Source: Truepera sp. (GTDB taxonomy: Bacteria; Deinococcota; Deinococci; Deinococcales; Trueperaceae). From it: a stretch of DNA of 64,000 nucleotides. The notes below the pieces were generated by a model. The model searched no databases and was not told the origin of the DNA. It was given only the letters and a program-made list of their open reading frames with translations. The DNA lies in contig CBDCKW010000009.1 in assembly GCA_965218435.1 (NCBI GenBank), positions 3,880,607-3,944,606 on the forward strand, in the 5' to 3' direction. The first letter of the stretch is position 1, and each line of letters starts with the position of its first letter. The position numbers and the translations under genes were made by a program. Shown here one piece after another: positions 38,851 to 49,795 of this stretch.

Positions 38851-39759
38851 CTACACCCCGGCAGCGAGCATCTCCACGTCTTGGCGCAACGTCAGCAGCG
38901 CCACGTCTTTAAGTTTAGCCTCGAGCATCAGATCATACGGTTTATCGCCGCCGAAGCCGCCCAAAAATTGTTCGACTTGCCTAAAGTCTACCGGTTCAAT
39001 CAGGTCGGCGTGCGCGGTGCCGAGCCCCCGCGCCGATGAGAGGTGAAACTTCGGGACGCGTTCGCCCCAGGTCTTCACAACGTGCGGCAAGAACGCCTCT
39101 AAACCGGTCTCCCACGTTTCAACGGTCGGGTTGAGTTTGTGATGCCAGAAGTCGAAAATCATCGGGATACCAAGCTGCTGGCAAAGCCCTAAAACCTCGC
39201 CCGCCGTAAAAATGCGGTCGTCATTTTCCAAAGTCAACCGGTTTTGCGCCTTAGGGGAGAGCTGCGTAAAGTTTACGGCGAAGCGTGTGAGCGCCGCCGC
39301 CTTGTCGCCGTAAGCGCCGCCGACGTGCAGCGTCATGGTGCCCTGAGTAGGGTCTACGGCTTCTAAAAAACTGGCGTGATACTCGAGCTCCCTAACGGCT
39401 TTTTGCACCACTTCAGGCTGAGGAGAGTTCAGTACCGTGTACTGGCCGGGATGCATCGAAAGCCGCAGGTTGTGCTCAGCGACAAAATCACGAATTCCGG
39501 CAAGTTCAGCGGCAAACTCGGTGCGCCAGTCAAGCGTAAACGCTTCGTGCGAGGCGAGCGGAATCACTGACGAGGCGATACGGAAAAAATGGATACCCTG
39601 CGCCAAGTTCCACCGTAAGACGTTTAGCAGCGTCGTCAGATTTTCAGCGATGACTTCAGCGGCCCTGGCCTCGGTCAAATTGGCGAGCCGGAGGGTGCGG
39701 CCTGTGGTGCAAGAGAGCGTAACGTTGGTGCAGGCGTAGCCCAGGTGTCTCAGTTTCAT
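38851..39759 (-). CDS. uvsE: UV damage endonuclease
   Basis: LGYAC, RLSMHPGQY, HVGG, LENDD, FDFWHH, AHAD, EAKLKD. Confidence 0.94.
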   Translation of the reverse strand: MKLRHLGYACTNVTLSCTTGRTLRLANLTEARAAEVIAENLTTLLNVLRWNLAQGIHFFRIASSVIPLASHEAFTLDWRTEFAAELAGIRDFVAEHNLRLSMHPGQYTVLNSPQPEVVQKAVRELEYHASFLEAVDPTQGTMTLHVGGAYGDKAAALTRFAVNFTQLSPKAQNRLTLENDDRIFTAGEVLGLCQQLGIPMIFDFWHHKLNPTVETWETGLEAFLPHVVKTWGERVPKFHLSSARGLGTAHADLIEPVDFRQVEQFLGGFGGDKPYDLMLEAKLKDVALLTLRQDVEMLAAGV

Positions 39760-39946
39760 AGGTACCTCAGTTTCATACTGCGTTTTACCGTGAGCGGAGT
39801 AGGGATGCGCGGGGCCTCGCCACAAACCTGAACGCTGATGCCTGAACGCTAAAAATGTCTGTCAAGAACTGCAAATAGCGCCTTGACACCTTGTTGGCCG
39901 CTACTCCCAGCTTTAAGGTGTAAGTCTATTAGAGAGGATTTATACC

Positions 39947-40513
39947 ATGAGCCGAGCAGACACGGACGACCGCCAGCCACCGAGCCAAGTCAGCGACGAG
40001 GCCGACGAAAATCAGCTCGAGATGGCCCACGCCGAAGGCGACGCCTATCAAAAGTCGCTCGAGTATATGGTCAACGACGTGGCCGATACCGGCGGTACAC
40101 AGCGGGCGGGCGACTATCTCGTCGGGTTCGCGCAGGAGCGGGCTGAAGGGATGTACGAGCTTCAGGGTGAAGGGCAGCTCGAGTGGGTTCCTGCCGGGGA
40201 CGAAAATTGTCACCTCGAGGTTTCCGTAGCTGACGGGGCTGACGGCCGCTTCATTCCCTACCTCAAGATTTCCGCGACGCTGACGCCTGAGACTGGCGAG
40301 ACGGTCGGGCCGACTGAAATCCCCTTTTTGTGGCATCCGGGCGTGTACCACTACGGCAAAAACCTCAAAGTTCCCGGCGACGGACGTTACACGTTGCAGC
40401 TGCGGATCGACCCGCCGACGTTTATGCGGCACGACAAGGTGAACGGTCAGCGTTACGCCGAAACCGTCCAAGTCACCTTTGAAGATGTTGAGGTTAAAAC
40501 GGGTAAAGAGTAA
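39947..40513 (+). CDS. Tpd/P19-like Fe2+ transport family protein
   Basis: HLEV..DG..GRFIPYL..HYGKN..GDGRY..PPTFMRH. Confidence 0.75.
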   Translation: MSRADTDDRQPPSQVSDEADENQLEMAHAEGDAYQKSLEYMVNDVADTGGTQRAGDYLVGFAQERAEGMYELQGEGQLEWVPAGDENCHLEVSVADGADGRFIPYLKISATLTPETGETVGPTEIPFLWHPGVYHYGKNLKVPGDGRYTLQLRIDPPTFMRHDKVNGQRYAETVQVTFEDVEVKTGKE

Positions 40514-40585
40514 ACGGGAAAACGTAAACGGGCGCTTAAGGACGGCGTAGGCGTTTTATCACGGCCGAAGTGATAGGCTCGAGGG

Positions 40586-42124
40586 GTGCCGTTCCCTTTC
40601 AAAACCTACCGCAAGGGTCAGTTAGGGGCCATCCAAGCGGCCCGTGCTGCCTTCAAGTCGGGCAAACGGTTTGTCGTCATCGAAGCGCCGACGGGTTCGG
40701 GTAAATCGGCCATCGCCGTCACACTCGCCCGTGAAGCGGGCAGCGCGTATGTGCTGACCGCGCAAAAACTTCTGCAAGACCAGTACGGGCGCGATTTTCC
40801 CGATTTGGCCCTGATGAAAGGTCGCGCGAACTACCGCTGTTTGGTCACTCCGACGCACGCCGCCGCTGCGCCGTGTATCACCGGGCGCAAGTTTCCCGAG
40901 TGCGACGACTGCCCGTATTTTTGCGCCAAAGACGAGGCGATGGCGGCGAACAGCGCCCTGATGAACTACGCGTATTACCTGACCGAACTCAACTATCAGG
41001 GTGGGTTTGGGCCGCGTGAATTGCTTGTCCTAGACGAAGCGCACAACGCCGAAGGTGCGCTGATGGGTTTTGTCGAGGTGACGCTTTCGGACGTGCAACT
41101 CCGGCGTGTGGGTATCAGCGAGATGATTCCGACGGCGTTTGACAATTTGGAGTATTTTGACTTTGCCGAAGATATGGTACCACTTTTAACCAAACGCCGC
41201 CGTGAGTTGGAGGCGCAGCTCAAAGGGGCTAAACTGCCGGAAGGGGTGGCGCTCGAGCTGCTCGCCCACAAACAGTGGTTGGACACGCAGCTCTCACGGT
41301 TGGAACTCCTTAACTACAGCCGCGACGAAGAAAATGTCGAATGGGTTGTTGAACGCAGCAGCGGCGCAGACGGGCAGCGCGTGACCTTCAAGCCCGTCAA
41401 GGTCGCCGCGTTTGCCGAACAGCTGATGTTCCGTTTTGGCGAACGGGTGTTGATGCTCTCGGCGACGATTTTAGACCCGCCGACGTACTTGCGGAGTCTC
41501 GGCATCGAACCTGAAGACGCCGAAGTGATTGCGGTGGCCTCCGAGTTTCCGCCGGAAAACCGCCCCATCTATCCCAAAAACACCGCCCGCCTGACCCGTC
41601 ATTATATGGAGCGCGACCTCCCCAAACTGATCGCTGAAATATCTGATCTGATGGAGTCGCACCCGGACGATAAGGGCCTGATTCACACGCACACCTACAA
41701 GATTGCAGCGTATATCGCCAAGCATCTGCCGAAACGTCACGCGGCGCGGCTGGTCACACATTACGGCGCGGACGGGCGTGAAATGGCTTTAGAACAGCAC
41801 CTTAAAAGCCCGAAACCAACCGTACTCTTAACGCCTAGCATGACCGAAGGCATCGACCTCCCCGGCGACCTGTCGCGCTGGCAAGTGATTTGCAAACTGC
41901 CGTATCCCTACCTGGGCGACCCGCAGATTGCGCGGCGGCGCGACCTCGACCCGACTTGGTACGACTGGCGTACCTGCCTGACGGTTGTGCAAGCTTACGG
42001 CAGAAGCGTGCGGAGCGCCGACGATTTTGCGGTGACGTATGTTCTGGACGCCGACTTTAAGGCGTTTTTGAAACGGCAGCGGGGGCGGCTGCCGGGATGG
42101 TTCTTGGAAGCCGTGCAAGAGTGA
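40586..42124 (+). CDS. DinG/Rad3(XPD)-like ATP-dependent DNA helicase
   Basis: APTGSGKS, four-Cys cluster region, DEAH, EGIDLPGD, QAYGRSVR. Confidence 0.9.
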   Translation: MPFPFKTYRKGQLGAIQAARAAFKSGKRFVVIEAPTGSGKSAIAVTLAREAGSAYVLTAQKLLQDQYGRDFPDLALMKGRANYRCLVTPTHAAAAPCITGRKFPECDDCPYFCAKDEAMAANSALMNYAYYLTELNYQGGFGPRELLVLDEAHNAEGALMGFVEVTLSDVQLRRVGISEMIPTAFDNLEYFDFAEDMVPLLTKRRRELEAQLKGAKLPEGVALELLAHKQWLDTQLSRLELLNYSRDEENVEWVVERSSGADGQRVTFKPVKVAAFAEQLMFRFGERVLMLSATILDPPTYLRSLGIEPEDAEVIAVASEFPPENRPIYPKNTARLTRHYMERDLPKLIAEISDLMESHPDDKGLIHTHTYKIAAYIAKHLPKRHAARLVTHYGADGREMALEQHLKSPKPTVLLTPSMTEGIDLPGDLSRWQVICKLPYPYLGDPQIARRRDLDPTWYDWRTCLTVVQAYGRSVRSADDFAVTYVLDADFKAFLKRQRGRLPGWFLEAVQE

Positions 42125-42577
42125 TTCAGAGGGTCTCGAGCCCCAAAATTAGATTCGAGACCGACTTTTCAACCTCCTTTGTTTTCGCCTCCAAGTGCTT
42201 ACGCTCTAAAGCGATTTCTGCGCGGCGCTGCTCGAGTTCAGCTACAAGCTTTTGCTGAACCGCCAGAGGTGGAACGGGAAGAGGAAGCTCTCTTAAGTCA
42301 TTACTATTAATAGAGGCCAGATTCGTCGTAAACTTAGCACACGCCCTAAAGTAGCTACGTGCTGGTGGCGTGAGCATATACTCTAGAACAAACTGCGGTG
42401 AAGCCAAACTCGTATCAACTCGAGCTTTAAGAATATGGTTCTGATGTACACAGTCGAAGATTTCTTCGTTCCAAATAGCTGGTCTACCAACTAGTTCGGC
42501 ACTATTGCCTTCGCAAACAAGTAGGTCATGCTTTTGCAACCTAAATGCACCCATGGCGTCATCAGAAACGTTGATGT

Positions 42578-43629
42578 ATTAAATCATCTGCGAAATAAGT
42601 ACACGATCAGAATAAAGTAGCTAGGCTTAGAGAAAGGGTTTAAGTCGGCTTACCAAGCCAGAGCATCTAACTTTCTGAAGTTATGAAGCCCCGCGATAGC
42701 TAAGAAAGTGTCATCATAAACAGCTTTTGGGCCTCGGTAGATACCCGCTAAGAGCTTAAAGCGTTTCAAGTGAGCCAGTGTGTGCTCGACAGGAAAACGC
42801 AGGCTGTTTTGAACTTTGTTGAGGCATTTCTGGATGAAGTCCAGGGGTTTGTTTCTTCTAGCTTTGCTGGGCTGATGGAAGGTTCTATGGGGAAAATCCT
42901 TATCAATACCGTCATATCCTTTGTCCACTCGGACCTCGGTAGCCGTAGGTAAAGCTCGTAACACCCCGGTACCTCTAAGGACGTTGACGTCGCTGAATTT
43001 GCCTGGTAAAGAACGTGTCACATGAAGGATAAGCTTTGTGTTGGTGGCAGTGATTTGGGTCTTGAGCGTATGTCGCTTTTTCTTACCTGAATACTTGTCT
43101 CTGCGTTCTTGCTTGTCTTTGGGTTTCTGGATTTCTTGCTCGGTAGCATCAACCAAGACTTCCTTGAACTCAGGATGCTGCTCAAGCAGTTCTTCTAGGC
43201 TTGCGATACGCTTTCTTTTAGCTTGACCAAAAAGAACTGTCTCGTGCGCTGGTAAGGGGAGAACCTCAAGTAGTACAGGTCGAAGTTTGCTGATCAAACG
43301 GCTGACGTTACTATCATCCAAGTTGAATAAGTAGCCTAGTAGCAGCTGGGTCAGGTACAAACGGTAATACAGCAGCACCCCTAAAACCTGATCCTCTACC
43401 CCTAGTTCTGCCTTGCGTCCCCCGCCTACTGCACGTTGACGTAATTTGCCCTGGGTGCCTTTTGGTTCGGCAAGGCGTACTTCGACCGCTTTACTAAGCA
43501 ACTTGAACTGCTCGACGCTTAAACCTGTGAAGTTATACAGATGCTTGGGCTTTCTCTTTAAGCGGCTCGCTTTCATCCTGCTAGTTTAGTCCTTTGACTC
43601 CTTCGGCGCTATTTCGCAGATGATTTAAT
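42578..43629 (-). mobile_element. IS5-like insertion sequence
   Basis: Perfect 20-bp inverted repeat ATTAAATCATCTGCGAAATA at both ends. Confidence 0.9.
42650..43576 (-). CDS. Transposase (HTH plus DDE_Tnp_4-type, IS5/ISL2-like)
   Basis: VDATEQ..YSGKKKRHTLK..D..VDKGY..R.PVEH..LKRF; intact frame. Confidence 0.9.
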   Translation of the reverse strand: MKASRLKRKPKHLYNFTGLSVEQFKLLSKAVEVRLAEPKGTQGKLRQRAVGGGRKAELGVEDQVLGVLLYYRLYLTQLLLGYLFNLDDSNVSRLISKLRPVLLEVLPLPAHETVLFGQAKRKRIASLEELLEQHPEFKEVLVDATEQEIQKPKDKQERRDKYSGKKKRHTLKTQITATNTKLILHVTRSLPGKFSDVNVLRGTGVLRALPTATEVRVDKGYDGIDKDFPHRTFHQPSKARRNKPLDFIQKCLNKVQNSLRFPVEHTLAHLKRFKLLAGIYRGPKAVYDDTFLAIAGLHNFRKLDALAW

Positions 43630-44574
43630 TGATTTCCGATAGGTCTAGAAGCCCGCTCTGGACGTTTGCAACTCTGAGATATGGCCGAGCTTTATCTCTA
43701 GGTCTGTTCTGCGGACTTTTCTGAATTCCATAAGAAATACTTGCAACTTCTCCAAGAGAACGCACCGGAAAATGCGACTTATAAACATCCGAAGCGCCTG
43801 TCGAAACACGAGCCAGATAGTTGACGCTCCAACGCTCTAAGTCTTTCCATTCAAGAGCAAATGCCTTTGGCAGTATCCGCTCAACGTCGCGTATAGGAAT
43901 TCCAAGCTGTGAAAGCAAATACTGAGGAGTTAGCGCCTCCAAGTCTGTTAACCGTGCAGTTGCGTCCGCAATCTCCCGCTGCGCCTGCTGCCACTTGTCT
44001 ACGATAGCCTGTTGGATATGCAGCGGCGGCAGAGGAACATCCATACTCTCGATTTGCTCAGGCTGGACTCTCTTGCGTCCACTCGCACCGCTAATCATGC
44101 TGTTGATGGCTCTCCGAAAGTAAGCGGTGCGGAAGAGCAGTTGAACGTACTGTGTCACGGCGACATCCGCATGAACTTTATAGACGGGGTACTCGCTGCT
44201 TACTGCGGCCTCGGGTATGTCATCCGGGACGATGCCAATAGCACCATTGCGAACATCAATTTTGGAATAGAGGATGTCACCGGCCTCAGCTTGAAAAAGT
44301 TTTCCCTTAAACTGCTTTTTGCCCCGCAAGTCTCGAGGCGCTACGCTGCCGTCAAAGTGCAGCGTCAAGAGTTGAAGAGACTCGAGCGAAAGCGTCTTTC
44401 TACTTACTTCGGTTTGCTTCCGCCGTAAAGCTGCAGACAAGGGTTTGATGTACGCTTTGGGCCAGTGCCAAGCAACGCTAAAAAATGATGAAGGGCTCCA
44501 AAAGTCTAAATCTTTGAACCAAACCCCAAACGCTTTGGGAGAAGCTTTTGCTGCTAGTGCTGTTTGCACTGCTG

Positions 44575-46899
44575 TCACTGGGCGGCCCCCAACATAAATG
44601 CGGCAGCGTCTTTTTTGAACTGCTGATAGAGCGCCAAGCACGTGGTTTCCGGGGTAACGCCTTCCGGTAACTCGGTAGTTTCGTTGCTGTAAAGCTCATT
44701 CTGGTCGGCTTCACCGGTTGCAGTGATGCCTACCTTGTCGGCTTCGTAGAGAAACACGGGATAGGCAAAACGCTCCCTTAGAAGTGCTCTGGTTTCCTGC
44801 TTTTTCTGCTCGTCCATACGCCGCTGATACTCGAGCAACTCTCTTTGCGTGTCTTTGCGCCTTGTTTGTTCAGCAAGGATGAGGGTCTCGAGGCTCTGTA
44901 CCTCTACTTCATCCGGCGCTTCGGTTTTGCGCAATTTTCTCAGCTTGGTTTGTGCCTGAGTTGCGGCGGTTTTAGCTGTTTGACTGAGGGTTTCTAACCG
45001 TGCGGTTTCTTTAGCTATTTCAGGAGCATATTTGGCCTCGACTTCTGCTCTGGCAGCCTCACGTTTGGCTTCAAAATCAGCCTTTTGCTCTTCGGTAAAC
45101 TTCTGTAAAAAGAGCAGCGAGGCTTTGACGGTTGCACCTGATGCGTAAAACGTCTCTTGCGGCAAGCTGACCACGGTCTGAATATAGGCGCGGTCTTCGC
45201 AAAACTCGCGTACATAGGCAAGGCTTGGGTTATTAAAGATACCTTCAGGCAGCACGATACCTAAGCGCCCGCCGGGTTTGAGCAGGTCTAAACAGCGTTC
45301 GATAAAGAGAATTTCGGTTTTGATTTTGCTTTTTTCACCTTTGGGCAGCGCGAAGAGGCTCGAGATAGGTTTGCCTTCTTGGGCGCGTACCCGCCTCTGC
45401 GCTTCTTCGTAAAGCGCACCGTAGTCACGTCGGTAGCGGGCCTCGGTCTCTTCGTCAACCGGCGGCAGGTGAACCACATCGGACGCTTCAACACTGGCCC
45501 CAAAAGGTGGGTTGGTCAAGATAATGTCGAAGCGTCCCTCAAAGATACCGTTGACGTTCAAAAAGCCGTCGTGGTGATGGACGCCGCCATGTCCGTCGCC
45601 GTGCATAATCATGTTCATCTTGCTGGTTCTCGCCATGCGTTCGTTCGCGTCGGTGCCGTAAATGCAGCGGTTGGCAAGCGTCCAGAGTTTTGAGCCCTTG
45701 ATGCTCTGGTCAAGCGTTTTCTGAAGCTCTTTATACCGCGCATCAAGCTGTGCAGCTTTCTCTTCTTCGGTAAACAAGGTGTTAGTTTCGACCTCAGCCT
45801 TATAGCTTTGATACTCCTTATCAGCCTCGGCTAAGATTTGCTGCCGCACAATCTCAAAAAAGCGTATGAGGAAGCCGCCCGAGCCGCTAGCCGGGTCGCA
45901 AATTACATCTTTCTCTTTGGGCTCAACCATCCGAATCATAAACTCTACGATGCTCCGGGGCGTAAAAAACTGCCCGATTTCACCCCGAAAGGTGCGGCCT
46001 AAAAACTTCTCGAATGCAATGCCTTTAACGTCTTCGCTGGTTTCAGAGAGGTCGTAACGCTCGAGTTCCTTAACAATTTCACGGACGGTATTGAACTTGA
46101 GGCTGATGGTTTCGTCAAGGTCGAAAATCTTGTCAGCTTTATACTCTTTCTTGGTTTGCTTAAAAAGGTCGTCAACAGGGTCGTCCACGTAAACTTTTTG
46201 TTTGTCTAAAAAAGCTGCCGTAAAAAGATTTTCTCTTACACGCCCTGCTCTAAGACGCCTTTCGTGAGTTACTTTGACAAACAAAATCTTGGCAATTTCA
46301 TCAAAAGCTGCTGCCGGGTCGAGCTTTTCACGGTTACGGATGATGTTGTGACATTTATGCAAAAGGTCGGCGAACTCGTTTTCCTTAAAGACCTTGAGTT
46401 TTTTGAGGAGCGTGTCAATCTCTTTGTCGCTGTCATCTGCGTGAGGGATGTCGCTTATTTCCTCGAGTGACTTGGGCATTCTTTCGTGCAGCACACGCCA
46501 GTATTTGGTTTCGCTGTTGTTATGCGTCACCAAAAAACGCGCGTTGGTATAGCGTGCATAGTTGTCGCCCTGCCAGTAGTCCTCTTGGGTGATGGTGACG
46601 TTATCGGATTTGCACTCAACGGCTATGAGCGGGCTTTTATTGTCCAATTTGTCTTGTGGCGTGCGCCAGACGAGAAAGTCTGCTCGAGCGTTACCCGTAC
46701 CGCGCCCGGTTGTATTCAGCTCTTCAGCAATCTGCTTGAGGGAAAAGCCGTATTCGTTGACGAGCATTAAAAGATACTCTTGCCTTACGCGCTCTTCGGG
46801 CTGTTCCTCTAACCATATTTCTCTGACATGGCTCCATATCTTGCTGCCCTGACGTTTTAGCGCGAGGCGAGTTTGAGATGTTTCGGACGTTGTGGTCAT
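44575..46899 (-). CDS. Fused restriction nuclease/N6-adenine DNA methyltransferase (Type IIG/IIB-like)
   Basis: N-terminal PEERVRQ..ADF..VECK nuclease; GQFFTPR, DPASGSGGF, NPPF. Confidence 0.9.
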   Translation of the reverse strand: MTTTSETSQTRLALKRQGSKIWSHVREIWLEEQPEERVRQEYLLMLVNEYGFSLKQIAEELNTTGRGTGNARADFLVWRTPQDKLDNKSPLIAVECKSDNVTITQEDYWQGDNYARYTNARFLVTHNNSETKYWRVLHERMPKSLEEISDIPHADDSDKEIDTLLKKLKVFKENEFADLLHKCHNIIRNREKLDPAAAFDEIAKILFVKVTHERRLRAGRVRENLFTAAFLDKQKVYVDDPVDDLFKQTKKEYKADKIFDLDETISLKFNTVREIVKELERYDLSETSEDVKGIAFEKFLGRTFRGEIGQFFTPRSIVEFMIRMVEPKEKDVICDPASGSGGFLIRFFEIVRQQILAEADKEYQSYKAEVETNTLFTEEEKAAQLDARYKELQKTLDQSIKGSKLWTLANRCIYGTDANERMARTSKMNMIMHGDGHGGVHHHDGFLNVNGIFEGRFDIILTNPPFGASVEASDVVHLPPVDEETEARYRRDYGALYEEAQRRVRAQEGKPISSLFALPKGEKSKIKTEILFIERCLDLLKPGGRLGIVLPEGIFNNPSLAYVREFCEDRAYIQTVVSLPQETFYASGATVKASLLFLQKFTEEQKADFEAKREAARAEVEAKYAPEIAKETARLETLSQTAKTAATQAQTKLRKLRKTEAPDEVEVQSLETLILAEQTRRKDTQRELLEYQRRMDEQKKQETRALLRERFAYPVFLYEADKVGITATGEADQNELYSNETTELPEGVTPETTCLALYQQFKKDAAAFMLGAAQ

Positions 46900-46988
46900 A
46901 GGGTTAAAATACCAATCTTAACGCCTTGAAGCCCCGAATTGGGTTAAACCCTTTTGTGAGGACAGCAATAATTGGTGGAGGGTCTACT

Positions 46989-47423
46989 TTGAATGTCCAG
47001 TTTATTGAAAACGACCCAGCGCTGACCGGGGAGGCCCTTAACGCGCTCTATACCGCTGTTGGCTGGAACGATGACGAAATGCGCACGCCGGAGAAAACGC
47101 AGCTGGTGCTGGAACGTGCCGCCTGTTTTGTCGCAGCTTGGGACGGCGAAACACTCGTTGGGTTTGGCCGCCTCTTCGCTGACGTGTACTGGGCACAAAT
47201 CTTGGATGTGATGACCCGGCCCGAGTACCGCCGCCGCGGAGTTGCTAAAGAGATTGTCTTGAGGCTCATCACCTACGCTGAAAAGGAGCAGCTGAGTCTG
47301 ATGCTGATCGCTGCGGGTGGGCTCGAGCGTTTGTACCGACAGTTCGGCTTTGCAGAGGCCGACCCCGCCACCGACGTGCTGATGTACCGGCCGTTACCGC
47401 AACCCGGCGAAGATTCAGGGTGA
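46989..47423 (+). CDS. GNAT N-acetyltransferase
   Basis: LVGFGR, PEYRRRGVA, LYRQFGF; TTG after GGAGG. Confidence 0.88.
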   Translation: MNVQFIENDPALTGEALNALYTAVGWNDDEMRTPEKTQLVLERAACFVAAWDGETLVGFGRLFADVYWAQILDVMTRPEYRRRGVAKEIVLRLITYAEKEQLSLMLIAAGGLERLYRQFGFAEADPATDVLMYRPLPQPGEDSG

Positions 47424-47505
47424 GCCAGGGTCACCTAACCCATCCTATCAAAGACGCCACGCGGCAAACGCCGTAAAAGTGGACACAGCAAAAGTAGACA
47501 CAGTA

Positions 47506-47531
47506 AAAGAGTCCCTGTACAGGGACTCTTT
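47506..47531. terminator. Bidirectional terminator ending the hydrolase cluster
   Basis: Perfect palindrome AAAGAGTCCCTGTACAGGGACTCTTT between convergent genes. Confidence 0.75.
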
Positions 47532-47594
47532 CGGCACTGAATCTAAAAGCTAGAGTTGAAAGAAAACTATCTAAAAACGGGTCCCTGCCAGATT

Positions 47595-49670
47595 TTACGG
47601 GTAACTGACGACGTTTCTTGGCGTCGTATTTCCCGCCGGGTTCGGTACCGCTCCGCCGGTGTTGTTGACGACATTCAAGATCGTTCCAACATCTCCTAGC
47701 GACACGGTTAAGACGCTGCGTAGGCGCACGCCGGGGGTATTGGGCACCTCAAAACCGCGCGAGGCGACGATATTCGGGTCGGAGAAAAAGACGCAGTACG
47801 CGCCGCCGCCGTAAAGTTCATGGTTGCGCACGTTGTCGGCGACTTTGTACGACGCCCACCCTTGACCCGTCGGACTCTGCCAAGCCGCTTGCGAGGGCGG
47901 GTCGTAGGGCATCTCGTTTTGGAAGAAGATCGTCTTACCGTTTTCGCCGTTCCAGATGACCTGATACTTTTGGTAGTGCTCGACGAACAGACCGGTCGCC
48001 AGCACATCGTCGCCATTGACGATCACGCCGCTAGCGGCGGTATTTTGGTTCCAACCGATCCCCGCGCCGTGGTCACCGCGCCACGCCCAGATATGGTCAA
48101 TCACGGTGTCGTCACTGTTGACGACCAAACTGACGGCAGATTTGCCCGCACGGGGGCCGCCGATACGGAAGTAGACGTCTTGGATGACGATAGGGTTGGC
48201 GGCGTGGCCTCGGCTCGAGCCCGCTTCGCCAACCGTAAGCAAAACGGGGCTGTTGACCGGTCCGGCGTCGAAGAGAATCCCGGCGACGATAACCCCGTCT
48301 ACATCGGCGACGCTCATCGCGTTGACGCCGTTTTCCGGTACCAGCGTCGGATAGCCGAGGCCGTAGATGACCGTGTTGGGCCGCGTGACCTTTAAGGTTT
48401 CGCTGAGCCGGTACACGCCGGGCGTAAAGAACAAGTTGAGACCTTGGGCCAGAGCCGCGTTGAGCGTTGCGGTACCGTCGCTCGGTTTGGCAACGTAAAA
48501 GTTTCTGAGCGGAACGGAAGTGCCCGGGGTATTGGGCCAGGTTGCGCCTCTCGAGTTTCTCTGTAACGCCGGGACAAACACGCTGTAGTTGCCCGCGCCA
48601 TCGATGTAAAGGTAGGGTTTTTCGCGCGTGACCGGGGTGGTATCTAACGTCGTGTGCGGTGGGTTCGGGAACGCCTGCGGCGGCGCACCCTGCACGCCTG
48701 AAAAGACCATGTTCCAGACGCCGCCGTCCCACCCTCTACCGAAGCTGCTGTTCCGGGTGTACCACTGCTGCTGCGAGCCCGAGCCGATACCCCCGTCTAT
48801 TCGGGCGTCAGCCAGATACCCCCCACTCGCGTAGCCCTGCCCAAAATCCTGATTCGACGGGGCCATCGTGAAATTACCCTTGATGTGAACGCGGCGCATG
48901 GGCGCGGCTTGCGATACTGCCCAGCGCGTGGTGCCGCCTTCGGGCGCGACCGAGAGGTTTTCTGCTGAGCGCCAAAAGTTTTGCGTGGCGTTTTTTTCGT
49001 CGCCTAAGTTCCAGCCGCTGTCTACGTTGATATTGCGGGTGATCGTGACGTCGTCGGGGTTTTTACCTAGACCCGCAACCGTCGTATAAAAACCCAGGTT
49101 GGCAAACACGTTGTAGCTACCGGGTTTGAACAAAAAGGTGTCGCGCTGACTGCCGAACTGCGCGGTAGAGCTGAGGAGCAGCCGGTTAAAAGCCGCGTCG
49201 AGGTCGCGCTGAATCACCGAGTCGGGGGTGCTGTCGTCGTAGATTTTGACGTTCGGGCCGAAGTCGGGGCGGTCGGAAGTCGGCAGGTTCGTCGTGGGGT
49301 TGCCGGTGCGTGTTACCCGAACAGAGCTCACGAGATCGTTGAAGTTGTTGTCTACCAAACAGCTGTCATCCCCGGTTAACGTAAGGCTGCGCCCCTGATA
49401 ATTCGCGTCGAGAAAGAGTTCGACTTGGTAGCCGTCGGCGACCCGGACGGAAGAAACGTTGTCGTTGGGCATTCCGAGGGCGATAAGGTCGTTGTAGTTG
49501 TAATCCCCTGCGTCTAAACTCACACTCTTCCCGCTAAATGAACAGTCCAGATATAGTTTTACGTCACCGACAGCAGTTGCGTCTAGGAGCTGGTTACTCT
49601 TTTCGGGGGTGCTACACGCACCCAGTAACAGGGTCAACCCAACGAGCAGGGCAAAAAGTTTTTGGGACAT
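47595..49670 (-). CDS. Lipoprotein: beta/gamma-crystallin domain plus GH55-like exo-beta-1,3-glucanase
   Basis: Lipobox LLGAC; NDNVSS/NDLVSS; ATQNFWRSAEN, WAVSQAAP, SQQQW, FQNEMPYDPP. Confidence 0.85.
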   Translation of the reverse strand: MSQKLFALLVGLTLLLGACSTPEKSNQLLDATAVGDVKLYLDCSFSGKSVSLDAGDYNYNDLIALGMPNDNVSSVRVADGYQVELFLDANYQGRSLTLTGDDSCLVDNNFNDLVSSVRVTRTGNPTTNLPTSDRPDFGPNVKIYDDSTPDSVIQRDLDAAFNRLLLSSTAQFGSQRDTFLFKPGSYNVFANLGFYTTVAGLGKNPDDVTITRNINVDSGWNLGDEKNATQNFWRSAENLSVAPEGGTTRWAVSQAAPMRRVHIKGNFTMAPSNQDFGQGYASGGYLADARIDGGIGSGSQQQWYTRNSSFGRGWDGGVWNMVFSGVQGAPPQAFPNPPHTTLDTTPVTREKPYLYIDGAGNYSVFVPALQRNSRGATWPNTPGTSVPLRNFYVAKPSDGTATLNAALAQGLNLFFTPGVYRLSETLKVTRPNTVIYGLGYPTLVPENGVNAMSVADVDGVIVAGILFDAGPVNSPVLLTVGEAGSSRGHAANPIVIQDVYFRIGGPRAGKSAVSLVVNSDDTVIDHIWAWRGDHGAGIGWNQNTAASGVIVNGDDVLATGLFVEHYQKYQVIWNGENGKTIFFQNEMPYDPPSQAAWQSPTGQGWASYKVADNVRNHELYGGGAYCVFFSDPNIVASRGFEVPNTPGVRLRSVLTVSLGDVGTILNVVNNTGGAVPNPAGNTTPRNVVSYP

Positions 49671-49795
49671 TAGGTATCCTTTCGTAAATGAAGTTTGGAA
49701 CGGGACTCGAGCGGCGCTTTAGGCGTTCTAAAATGCCGCCCCAGTGGCTTTCAAAGTTTTCTCTACAGGATTAAGTCGCCTCAGAAATGACAGTT

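Larger units (their letters stand above)
42126..44578 (-). pseudogene. HsdS-like restriction specificity subunit interrupted by an IS
   Basis: N-part (GTG 44578 ... LLDLSEIN) and C-part (YINVSDDAMGAF...LPLPVPPL..QQKLV) flank the IS; two TRD units. Confidence 0.88.
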
